Of a DNA stretch of 48,789 nucleotides, positions 41,331 through 48,789 are shown piece after piece; within the stretch, counting starts at the first letter, position 1; each line of letters begins with the position of its first letter. Position numbers and translations under genes: made by a program. Under the pieces are notes generated by a model. The model saw nothing but the letters and a program-made list of their open reading frames with translations. It did no database searches and was not told the DNA's origin. The stretch lies in assembly GCA_902796545.1 (NCBI GenBank), contig CADBPF010000051.1, positions 1 through 48,789 on the forward strand, written 5' to 3'. The DNA is from an uncultured Ruminococcus sp. (GTDB taxonomy: Bacteria > Bacillota > Clostridia > Oscillospirales > SIG627).

Positions 41331-41351
41331 GTTAGCTCCTGCCGCGCTAAC
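41331..41351 (-). promoter_or_regulatory. GGTTAGC-N9-GCTAAC inverted repeat upstream of the radical SAM gene
   Basis: On the minus strand: TATATT ga g GTTAGCgcggcaggaGCTAAC. Same half-sites and same position relative to a -10-like box as at 40243-40258. Confidence 0.4.
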
Positions 41352-41422
41352 CTCAATATATCATAAAATATAAAAGGTTTCCACCCCGCGTCCGCCGAGC
41401 GGAAAAAACGCAAAAAGGACGA

Positions 41423-41465
41423 ATATAACTGCAACGCAATATCACTCGCCGAAGGCGAATAAAGT
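41423..41465. repeat. second copy of the 7-mer/mini-hairpin module (two units) behind the tRNA-Val terminator
   Basis: ATATAAC-TGCaacGCA-ATATCAC-TCGCCgaaGGCGA-ATAAAGT. Alignable with 26470-26513. Confidence 0.75.
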
Positions 41466-41467
41466 TG

Positions 41468-41495
41468 AAAAAACCTCGCCGAAGCGAGGTTTTTT
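41468..41495 (-). terminator. intrinsic terminator of the tRNA-Leu/tRNA-Val operon
   Basis: AAAAAACCTCGC-cgaa-GCGAGGTTTTTT, starting 1 nt after the tRNA CCA end. Confidence 0.85.
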
Positions 41496-41496
41496 A

Positions 41497-41573
<77 letters not shown>

Positions 41574-41578
41574 GTATT

Positions 41579-41661
41579 TGGTGCGGGTGACAGGACTTGA
41601 ACCTGCACGATTGCTCACCAGATCCTAAGTCTGGCGCGTCTGCCAATTCCGCCACACCCGC
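41579..41661 (-). tRNA. tRNA-Leu (anticodon UAG), type II, CCA encoded
   Basis: Reverse complement is GCGGGTGTGGCGGAATTGGCAGACGCGCCAGACTTAGGATCTGGTGAGCAATCGTGCAGGTTCAAGTCCTGTCACCCGCACCA. Anticodon loop CTTAGGA. Confidence 0.92.
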
Positions 41662-41682
41662 GTTTTTTCGGGCGCGTTTGTA

Positions 41683-41711
41683 AGTTTACCATAGCTTTTT
41701 TTACTTGTCAA
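41683..41711 (-). promoter_or_regulatory. sigma-A promoter for tRNA-Leu/Val, overlapping the recG stop codon
   Basis: On the minus strand: TTGACA (41711-41706), 17 nt, TGgTAAACT (-10 at 41688-41683). Confidence 0.6.
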
Positions 41712-43674
41712 CCGTTTTTTCAAAAAAGTCCTGCGCGGATCTTGAGGCTTTTTCCAAAAGCTCTCCGTCTTGCTCCCTTGCGGCGGTAAAGGCGGAAAAA
41801 CCGCTCTGCCGCACGCCGAAAAAGTCCCCGGGACCGCGGGTATCCATATCGTATTCGGCAAGCTTGAAGCCGTCTTTGATCTCGCAGAGCTTTTGCAGGC
41901 GTTCCCGCGCCGCTTTTCCACGGGCGTCGGACAAAAGGATGCAGTAGGACTGCCTTGAACCGCGCCCCACTCTGCCGCGCAGCTGATGCAGGGTGGCAAG
42001 CCCGAAGCGCTCGGCGTTTTCCACGCACATGACCGTGGCTTCCGGCACGTCGATCCCGATCTCGATCACGGTGGTGGAAACGAGCACGCGCGTTTTGCCC
42101 TGCGCGAAATCCTGCATGGCTTCCCTTTTTGCCGCGGCGCTCATTTTTCCGTGTAAAAAGCCGACGTTATATGGCTTGAAGCGCGCTTTTGCCAGCTCGA
42201 ACCGGCTCTGCGCCGCCATCAGGTCGCTCTCCTCACTCTCCTCGATCAAGGGGCAGACGATATAGGCTCGGCCGCCGGCGTTCAGCTCCTTTTCGACGAA
42301 AGTATCCACGCGATCGCGCTTGGACGCGCCCACGTAATAAGTTTCCACCGGCTGTCTGCCGGGCGGGAGCGTATCGAGCGTGGAAACGTCATCCTTCGAG
42401 AACAAAAACAGCGCAAACGTGCGGGGGATGGGCGTGGCGCTCATCACGAGCAGATTCTTTTCCGCCGCTTTCGACAACAGCGTGTCGCGCTGGCGCACGC
42501 CGAAGCGGTGCTGCTCGTCCACGACCGTCAGCGAAAGATCGCGCGCGCTCACGCGGTCGGAAATGAGCGCGTGCGTGCCGACCAGCAGACAGGGATCCGC
42601 AGCGTTCAACGCCGCGTCGATCTGTCTGCGGCGGGCGGCGGGCGTGGTGCCGGTCAGGCAATAGACCGGGAAACGAAAGGCGGAAAACACGCGTTCCAGT
42701 TTGCGCGCGTGCTGTTCGGCAAGCAGCTCGGTCGGCGCCATCAACGCCGCTTTTTTGCCGTTGCAAAGCGTAAGATAGATCGCCGCGGCACAAACGGCGG
42801 TCTTCCCGCTTCCGACGTCGCCCTGCAAAAGGCGGTGCATCGCGGGCAGGCTTTTTTCCGTGCCCGTGCCGATCAGATCGTGAAAGATCTCGGCGATCGC
42901 CCGGTTCTGCGCCTCCGTCGGAGCAAAACCGAGAGCGGCAAAATACGGCGCGGTGCTGACCGCGTGCAAGGGCGCGATCGAGGGGATCCCCCGTTTTTTC
43001 TGCAACAGCAGCAGATCGAGGCGGAAGAAAAACAGTTCTTCAAAAGCAAAACGAGCGCGGGCGCGGGAGGCTTCCTCAACGCTCCGCGGCTGATGCGCCG
43101 CACGCACCGCCTGTGCGCGCGGCATCAGATCGTGTTCGCGCAAGACTTCCGCCGGCAGGTTTTCCAAAACGATGCGTTCCGCTTCGGGCAAAACCTGCGC
43201 GATCGCGCTTTGCAGCATTTTCTGCGTGAGCCCTTTGGTCAGGGGATAAACGGGCGTGATCGCCGGCAGCGTTTGATCGCCGTCTGAATAATCCGGAGAA
43301 AAAGCAAGATACCGACTGCCGGAGGGCTTGAACCGACCGTAAAAATAATAGGTCTTGCCCACGCAAAACCGTTTGGCAAGATAGGTCTGATAGAAATACA
43401 CAACGTCGCAAACGCCGCTGTCGTCGCTCGCCTGGAAGCGCACGGCGCGGCGACCGCCGGCAAAAAAAGAGATCCGCGGCACGCTCTGCACGCACAGTTT
43501 CACAAGGCAGGGCGAGCCCGGATCGGACCGGTTCAGGGCGATCAGGCGGTTTTCCCGATAAGACGCGGGAAAATAATTCAAAAGGTCCGCGAGGGTTTCG
43601 ATCCCCGCGCGGGCAAAGGCTTCCGCGCGGGTCTTGCCGATGCCGCGCAGATCGTTAAGCGTTGATACGCCCAT
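41701..43674 (-). CDS. recG: ATP-dependent DNA helicase RecG
   Basis: 657 aa. LRGIGKTRAEAFARAGIETLADLLNYFP, wedge domain, helicase motifs GDVGSGKT, DEQHRFG, SATPIPRT, QLRGRVGRG. Confidence 0.95.
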   Translation of the reverse strand: MGVSTLNDLRGIGKTRAEAFARAGIETLADLLNYFPASYRENRLIALNRSDPGSPCLVKLCVQSVPRISFFAGGRRAVRFQASDDSGVCDVVYFYQTYLAKRFCVGKTYYFYGRFKPSGSRYLAFSPDYSDGDQTLPAITPVYPLTKGLTQKMLQSAIAQVLPEAERIVLENLPAEVLREHDLMPRAQAVRAAHQPRSVEEASRARARFAFEELFFFRLDLLLLQKKRGIPSIAPLHAVSTAPYFAALGFAPTEAQNRAIAEIFHDLIGTGTEKSLPAMHRLLQGDVGSGKTAVCAAAIYLTLCNGKKAALMAPTELLAEQHARKLERVFSAFRFPVYCLTGTTPAARRRQIDAALNAADPCLLVGTHALISDRVSARDLSLTVVDEQHRFGVRQRDTLLSKAAEKNLLVMSATPIPRTFALFLFSKDDVSTLDTLPPGRQPVETYYVGASKRDRVDTFVEKELNAGGRAYIVCPLIEESEESDLMAAQSRFELAKARFKPYNVGFLHGKMSAAAKREAMQDFAQGKTRVLVSTTVIEIGIDVPEATVMCVENAERFGLATLHQLRGRVGRGSRQSYCILLSDARGKAARERLQKLCEIKDGFKLAEYDMDTRGPGDFFGVRQSGFSAFTAAREQDGELLEKASRSAQDFFEKTVDK

Positions 43675-45854
43675 CAGAGCGCCGTCCCGAAGGTCTGGAT
43701 CACCGCGCCGTCGGAAAACGCGCTGACCACGTCCGAGCCGGATGCAAAGATCAGAAGCTGCGAGCCGTCCTCTTTCAAATATTCGGACAGACTGCGCTTG
43801 GACTTTTCATCGATATAGGAAAAGCTCTCGTCAAAGATCAGCGGGATCTTCCGCTTGAGCGCACGCCGCGCAATGCACAAGCGCAGAGCGATCCCGGCAA
43901 GCTCCGAAAGCCCGCCGCCCGCCTGATTCAGCGGCATACTCTTTTCGCCGCGCATATAGCGCAATTCGAAATTGTCGCCGAACTCGAAGCTTTCCCCTTT
44001 GCCCAGCGTAAAGGAAAGCATTTGATTGATCTCGTCCGCGATCGGGTTTTTCACGCTTCTCTCAAACCGTGCGAGCGCGTCTTTGGCAAGCTCCAAAGAC
44101 AGTTCCAGCGCCCGATACCGTTCGAGCATCGTCAAAAGTCCGCGCTCGTTGCGGCTCACCAGTTCGGAAAGCCCGGGCGTTGCGCCCGTTTCCGCCTGCA
44201 GATCCGCAAGGTGCGACTCGAGCGAGGATTTTTGCGCGAACAATTCTTCGTTTTTCTGCGTCAACTGTAACAGTTCGCGTTCCAAAAGCAGCGTTTCGTC
44301 CACCTCGCCGCGCTCGCCTATGGGGTTGTCGTCGCTCGTGATCTTGCGATAGCGCTCCCTGAGTTCCTTGATCCGTTCGCCGAGATCGCAGAACGTCGCG
44401 TAGGCCTCGAGCAGCTTCACGCAGCCCGCGGCGATCTCCTGCGGGGAGATGCAGCCGGGCGTGAAGCGTGAAAGCTCGGAGAGGATATTCTCCGCTTTTG
44501 CCTGAGCAAGGCGGATTTTTTCCCGCTCCTTGCCGATCTGTTCCTGATACAAAATATCCGCCTGGCGCTGGGCGGTATATTTTTCATACATTCGGTAAAA
44601 ACCGTCCAGCGACTCGATCTCAAACTCTTCCAGCTGCCGTTCGATCCGCATCCGGAACACGGACGCGGACAGCGCCATGATCGCGGAAACGATGAAAAAC
44701 ACGAGCGCGATCAATCCGGAACGCAAAAGATCCGCCGGGAAAAAGAGAAAATACGAAAGCATAAACGCGCCCGCGCCGACGAGGGCGAACACGAGCGCAA
44801 GCGTCATGAACAGCACGCGTAATTTGCGCTGCCGTTCCAAACCGGCGCGCGTATCTTCCAGACTTTCCGGGTCGATCTCGGAATTGCCGAACATTTTGTT
44901 ATGCAGCTTCAGATTGTCCTCGGAGAGCATCACCTTTTCCTTGGACTCGGTGAGCTGCGCGTTCAAGCGGCAATACTCGGCGTATTGCATCCGCAACTCT
45001 TCCGCCGCCACACGGTTCGGGAGCAGCTTCCCGATCCGGGCGTCCTCGGCGATCGAGCGCAGTTTGGCTTCGCTCTGGTCGATCTCGTCCTTCAAGGCGG
45101 TCAGGCTGTCCGCCGCCCGCAGATCGCCGCGGTCCTTCAATTCCGCCTTGATCAGCACGATCCGGCGGCTGTTTTCCGCCATCCGGCTCTCGCAGTCCGC
45201 CAGTTCCTGACCGGTGCTGAGCACGTCCTTTTGCCGCAGTTTGAGCTGCGCCATACGGTTTTCATACTCCTTGCGGCGCTGCATCAAAAGATCGATTTCG
45301 CCGGTCTTTTCCTTGTTCATGAGCAGGTTCTTTTCGGCGCTCAAGCGCTCCACTTCGGAATAAATGCCCGTTCCCTCGGAAAAGATCGCGGCAAAACGAT
45401 CGAGCGTTTCCACGCCGAGATCCTCCTGGATCTTGCCGTTTTGCTTCTGCTCGAAATATACGGTACGGTCGTAGAGCCACAGATCGATCCCGAGAAAATA
45501 CTCGCCGGGATTCTTGCTGCGCAGATCCACCTCGCGGTTGGTATCGGTCTGCACCACGCTCACGTGGCCGAGCCTGTCGCCGCTCTGCATCCGGGAGATC
45601 TGATATTCCGTCTCGTCGCACAGAATCGTCAGCGTGCCGCTGACGGTCTTTTCGCCTTCCCAGGGGAAAAAGCGCGCGCCTTCCTCATCCATCCCGTAAA
45701 ACATGAAACGGATAAATTCGCATACGCTGGTCTTGCCCGCACGGTTCGCCGCAATGATGAGATTCGACTTTTCCGCGCGGAAATCCAAGGACAGGTCTGC
45801 CAGACCGCCGAAGCGGCCGACGTGCAGACTGATCAGCGAAACCGTTGTATCCAT
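43674..45854 (-). CDS. SMC/SbcC-like AAA ATPase with central coiled coil and two TM helices (YhaN-like)
   Basis: 726 aa. N-terminal Walker A AANRAGKTS, long heptad-rich middle, hydrophobic pair VLFMTLALVFALVGAGAFMLSYFLFF / GLIALVFFIVSAIMALSASVF, C-terminal GGGLSELAGIALRL signature and Walker B IPLIFDESF. Its stop overlaps the recG start (TGATG). Confidence 0.75.
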   Translation of the reverse strand: MDTTVSLISLHVGRFGGLADLSLDFRAEKSNLIIAANRAGKTSVCEFIRFMFYGMDEEGARFFPWEGEKTVSGTLTILCDETEYQISRMQSGDRLGHVSVVQTDTNREVDLRSKNPGEYFLGIDLWLYDRTVYFEQKQNGKIQEDLGVETLDRFAAIFSEGTGIYSEVERLSAEKNLLMNKEKTGEIDLLMQRRKEYENRMAQLKLRQKDVLSTGQELADCESRMAENSRRIVLIKAELKDRGDLRAADSLTALKDEIDQSEAKLRSIAEDARIGKLLPNRVAAEELRMQYAEYCRLNAQLTESKEKVMLSEDNLKLHNKMFGNSEIDPESLEDTRAGLERQRKLRVLFMTLALVFALVGAGAFMLSYFLFFPADLLRSGLIALVFFIVSAIMALSASVFRMRIERQLEEFEIESLDGFYRMYEKYTAQRQADILYQEQIGKEREKIRLAQAKAENILSELSRFTPGCISPQEIAAGCVKLLEAYATFCDLGERIKELRERYRKITSDDNPIGERGEVDETLLLERELLQLTQKNEELFAQKSSLESHLADLQAETGATPGLSELVSRNERGLLTMLERYRALELSLELAKDALARFERSVKNPIADEINQMLSFTLGKGESFEFGDNFELRYMRGEKSMPLNQAGGGLSELAGIALRLCIARRALKRKIPLIFDESFSYIDEKSKRSLSEYLKEDGSQLLIFASGSDVVSAFSDGAVIQTFGTAL

Positions 45855-45900
45855 TTCGGTCGGGATCTCCGTTTTTCGGGTTTTGTTTCAGCGTTTGCGA

Positions 45901-46521
45901 TCAAACGCTTTTCGCGTCGATCTGCGCCACGATGATCTTTTCGATCGCGGCGTTGTCGGTTGCGAGGATATAATAAACGTAGTTGCCGTGACTGCTCACG
46001 AGCGCGTTTTGCGCTTTTGCGTATTCTTCCCGGTCATAGTTTTCGGTCTGATTTAAAAAAATCTGGATGCGCGCGCGGCAATACACGTTCTTCACGCGCT
46101 CGATCCGGCTTTCCACGATCGATTCGCGCTGCGTGTCCACCGCGCGGTCCAGCGCGTCGCCGGTCAGACCGTTGGAGGCGCGAAACGCCTCTTCGTCAAA
46201 CTCGGTATTGATCTTGAAAACGCCGATCTCGTTCGCGGAAACGCCGGTCTGCTTGGCGATCGTGTAGGTCGCCACGTTCTCGAAAAACTCTTCCGCGTTC
46301 TCCGCGCCGTAGTAGTGGGTGTAATAGATCGCGTCAAAGGGCTCGGCGTCCGCGTCCGGCTCGTTGGAAACGATCTCGAATTCACAGATCAGATTTTCAG
46401 AGGCTTTTTCCACCAGCTCCAGCGTACTGGCGCGGCTTTCTTTCGCGCCGGAAGCGCACGACGAAAGACAGAGCGCCGCCAACACCAGGCAAAGCGCGAT
46501 ATTTACGATTCGGTTCCGCAT
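45901..46521 (-). CDS. lipoprotein of unknown function (DUF4358-like)
   Basis: 206 aa. Lipobox LCLSSC/A. AAGGAG RBS. Confidence 0.65.
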   Translation of the reverse strand: MRNRIVNIALCLVLAALCLSSCASGAKESRASTLELVEKASENLICEFEIVSNEPDADAEPFDAIYYTHYYGAENAEEFFENVATYTIAKQTGVSANEIGVFKINTEFDEEAFRASNGLTGDALDRAVDTQRESIVESRIERVKNVYCRARIQIFLNQTENYDREEYAKAQNALVSSHGNYVYYILATDNAAIEKIIVAQIDAKSV

Positions 46522-46552
46522 TCGATTCTCTCCTTATTCGGTTTGGGATAAC

Positions 46553-46581
46553 AGTATAACATAGCAAAACGCGCTTTTCAA
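46553..46581 (-). promoter_or_regulatory. sigma-A promoter for the lipoprotein / YhaN-like / recG string
   Basis: On the minus strand: TTGAAA (46581-46576), 17 nt, TATACT (46558-46553). Confidence 0.55.
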
Positions 46582-46604
46582 GAGAGCGCATAAAGAGGCA
46601 GAAC

Positions 46605-46632
46605 GCCGCACCGCCAAGCCCGGCGGTGCGGC
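46605..46632 (-). terminator. GC-rich hairpin after the NahK-like gene (weak T-run)
   Basis: GCCGCACCGCC-aagccc-GGCGGTGCGGC, an 11-bp stem. The downstream U-tract is poor. Confidence 0.4.
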
Positions 46633-46645
46633 GAGAAGCCCGGTT

Positions 46646-47761
46646 TTAAGCGTATTGACGGACGATCTCCTGCATGGTCTTGAATTTCTTTTCCATGTCC
46701 TCGACCAATCTGATCTGCGCACGCGCCCGATCCAGATTGTGGCCGGGATATTCCGTTTTGAAATAGCGGTCGCCGCTCAGATAGTCCAGCAAAAAGCGGG
46801 CGGCAAGCTCGGTCGTCATGATCCTCGCGCCCCACGCCATGCTCTCGATCTCGGATTCGGTAAAGAAGCCCTGCGCGCCGCCGATAAAGCCGCGCGTGAA
46901 CGCCTCGAACAGCTCCAGATCCAGGCTCACTTTGCTTAAATCTTTTTCATCCTCCGCCGCGGTGCAGGCGGCAAAGCGGATCGCGTCGCCGAAATCGTAG
47001 GCGGCAAGTCCGGGCATCACCGTGTCGAGGTCCAGCACGCAGATCGCCTCGTGCGTGTCGTCGTCGATCAGAATGTTGTTGTATTTCGTGTCGTTGTGCG
47101 TCACGCGAAGCGGCAGGATCCCCGCGTTTTGCTGATCCACGAGCCTGGACGAAAGCTGTTTGCGCGTTTGAAAGAACTCGATCTCCGTGCGTGTGGATTT
47201 CACGCGTCCGAGCGGGTCCTCCTCCACCATTTTGAAAAAGCTGCGCAATCGTAATTTCGTGTTGTGGAAATCCGGGATGGTTTCGACCAGGGTATCCATC
47301 GGAAAATCGGCAAGCAGTTTCTGGAATTCGCCGAATCCCCTGCCCGCGCTTTCCAGCATGGTCGGATCCGTGACCTGGTTATAGGTGCGCGCGTGATCCA
47401 CAAAGCGATAGCAGCGCCAGAAATGACCCTTTTCCCCGTAAGTATAGTTGTTGCCGTTGGCGTTGCGCAGAAAGTGCAGTACGCGCCGTTTCGGATTGAT
47501 CCCCTGCTCCAGAAGCTTGGTTTCCAGATGCTCGGTCACGCGCGCGATATTGTTCATCATCAGCTCCGGATAGCGGAACACGTAGGTGTTGATGCATTGC
47601 AAAACGTATTCGCCCGCGACCGCGCCGTTTTTCTTCAGGGTCACGTGATAGGTGCCGTTGATGTGCCCGGCGTCGAGCAGGGCAACGTCGAATTCGTCAA
47701 ACTTCAAGCCGAATTGACGAAGCGCGTGCTCCATTTCCTGTTTGGAGATTCTTTTGGACAT
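46646..47761 (-). CDS. nahK: N-acetylhexosamine 1-kinase-like phosphotransferase (NahK/APH family)
   Basis: Start re-set to ATG 47761 (AAAGGAG RBS). GHINGTY, PLRVTHNDTKYNNILID, DLDTVMPG, FDFGDAIRFAACTAAEDEKDLSKV, RFLLDYLSGDRYF. These closely parallel my recollection of Bifidobacterium NahK. Confidence 0.8.
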   Translation of the reverse strand: MSKRISKQEMEHALRQFGLKFDEFDVALLDAGHINGTYHVTLKKNGAVAGEYVLQCINTYVFRYPELMMNNIARVTEHLETKLLEQGINPKRRVLHFLRNANGNNYTYGEKGHFWRCYRFVDHARTYNQVTDPTMLESAGRGFGEFQKLLADFPMDTLVETIPDFHNTKLRLRSFFKMVEEDPLGRVKSTRTEIEFFQTRKQLSSRLVDQQNAGILPLRVTHNDTKYNNILIDDDTHEAICVLDLDTVMPGLAAYDFGDAIRFAACTAAEDEKDLSKVSLDLELFEAFTRGFIGGAQGFFTESEIESMAWGARIMTTELAARFLLDYLSGDRYFKTEYPGHNLDRARAQIRLVEDMEKKFKTMQEIVRQYA

Positions 47762-47790
47762 AAAGTCTCCTTTCGATCGCAAGAGGGCTC

Positions 47791-48774
47791 TTATCGGGTC
47801 GCCGCCGCCTGCAGACGCAGCAATTCGCCCGAGACGCGCAGGGTCCACTCGGTGTCAATCTCAACGGGCTTGCCCGCAAGCTCGTCCAGAAAGACGCGCA
47901 GACAGTCCGAAACCGGTTCGTCTAAATTCGGAAGCAGGCGTTCGCTCTCTTCGCCGTCCATCCAGAGCCGCGCGTATTCGGAATTGTAATTGCATTCCAA
48001 AACGCCCTTTTCGCCCCAGAAGGTAAAGCGCCAGTAATACGGCGTAGCGTAACCGCAGCTTGCCGGCGCGGCGTAGGAAACGTCCGCCATCAGGCCGGTG
48101 CCGCCGGACAGCGTCGCCATCAGCTGCGCGCAGTCCAAAAACTCCGGCACCTCTTTGGAAAACGCGTTCCAGGTGCGCACGCGCTCGATCTTCTCGATCC
48201 GTTTGCCCGTGAAATACTCCACGAGATCCACGCCGTGCACGGCGATATCGTTGACCGTGCCGCCGTGACAGCCTTTCTCGAAATACCAGCTTTCCCGCTT
48301 GCCGTACATCAAGGGATGCTGACCGCCAAAGGAGATCGCGTGGATCTCTCCGAGCCCGTCTTCGTCAAGAAAGCGCTTCACGGCGCCGACCCAGGGCAGA
48401 TAGCGCATATCGAGCATACAGCCGACCTTTTTGCCGGTTTCTTTCTGCAAGCGGCAGATCTCTTCCCATTCGGAAATCGAGGTGCAAAGCGGTTTATCGG
48501 AATAAACGTGCTTGCCGGCTTTGAGGGACGCGATGATCTCGGCGCCGCGAGCGCCGTAATAGTCGCCAATCGCGACCGTTTCCACGTTCGGATCCGCGAG
48601 GAGATCTTCCAACGTGTCGTGTGTGAAAACAACGCCGATCGCCTCGGTCGCGGCCGCTCTCGCGTCTGCGTTTGCCTCGTACGCGCCGACGATTTCAACG
48701 TCCGGATTTTCCTGCGCGAGCTTGTAGAGCGTGCGGATATGGGGATGGCGAAAGCCGATAAAAGCAAGTTTCAT
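47791..48774 (-). CDS. Gfo/Idh/MocA family oxidoreductase
   Basis: 327 aa. N-terminal Rossmann fold MKLAFIGFRHPHI and the typical family length. GGAGG RBS. The upstream region is cut by the window edge. Confidence 0.8.
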   Translation of the reverse strand: MKLAFIGFRHPHIRTLYKLAQENPDVEIVGAYEANADARAAATEAIGVVFTHDTLEDLLADPNVETVAIGDYYGARGAEIIASLKAGKHVYSDKPLCTSISEWEEICRLQKETGKKVGCMLDMRYLPWVGAVKRFLDEDGLGEIHAISFGGQHPLMYGKRESWYFEKGCHGGTVNDIAVHGVDLVEYFTGKRIEKIERVRTWNAFSKEVPEFLDCAQLMATLSGGTGLMADVSYAAPASCGYATPYYWRFTFWGEKGVLECNYNSEYARLWMDGEESERLLPNLDEPVSDCLRVFLDELAGKPVEIDTEWTLRVSGELLRLQAAATR

Positions 48775-48789
48775 AGAGAGTCCTCCGTA

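Overview
GC-rich chromosomal segment from a spore-forming Clostridia-type Firmicute. It carries spo0A, spoIVB and spoIVA, plus the L21-Prp-L27 operon in which L27 has a cleavable N-terminal propeptide. Gene density is high and most of the content is housekeeping. Left to right: mutY (truncated at the left edge); a fused nucleotidyltransferase/GHMP sugar-kinase gene; tig-clpP-clpX; a YclM-type aspartate kinase; spoIVA; ruvX; yajC; glnS-gltX; a five-gene biotin-dependent Na+-decarboxylase-type cluster holding two different carboxyltransferases; spo0A; spoIVB; a two-gene operon for a small membrane protein and a 1275-aa glycine-repeat surface protein; two tRNA-Ser genes; ABC exporter-prmA-small P-loop protein-pgi; an NCS2 (uracil/xanthine-type) permease behind a structured leader; maa-mtaB-obg; rpmA-prp-rplU; apbE; a ZIP transporter with an HMA metallochaperone-like protein; a radical SAM gene; tRNA-Val and tRNA-Leu; recG; a YhaN-like membrane SMC-type ATPase; a lipoprotein; a NahK-like kinase; and a Gfo/Idh/MocA oxidoreductase. 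I found no transposase, integrase, phage, CRISPR/cas or recognisable defence genes, so this looks like core chromosome. Many ORF-track starts are over-extended because the track translates TTG and GTG as M. I re-set those starts using RBS position and family N-termini. The items most worth a second look are: (1) an array of mini-hairpins separated by a conserved 7-mer in the tRNA-Ser trailer, with a paralogous module behind tRNA-Val; (2) a permease leader with a strong-RBS 32-codon uORF, a U-rich tract and a terminator that contains the uORF stop codon, resembling the pyrBI attenuator; (3) the decarboxylase cluster that combines a divergent 12S-type and a 5S-type carboxyltransferase with membrane pump subunits; (4) the surface protein with 12 Gly-rich repeats and a PLAT-like module. 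None of these is proven to be a new system. All calls come from reading the sequence, without database searches.
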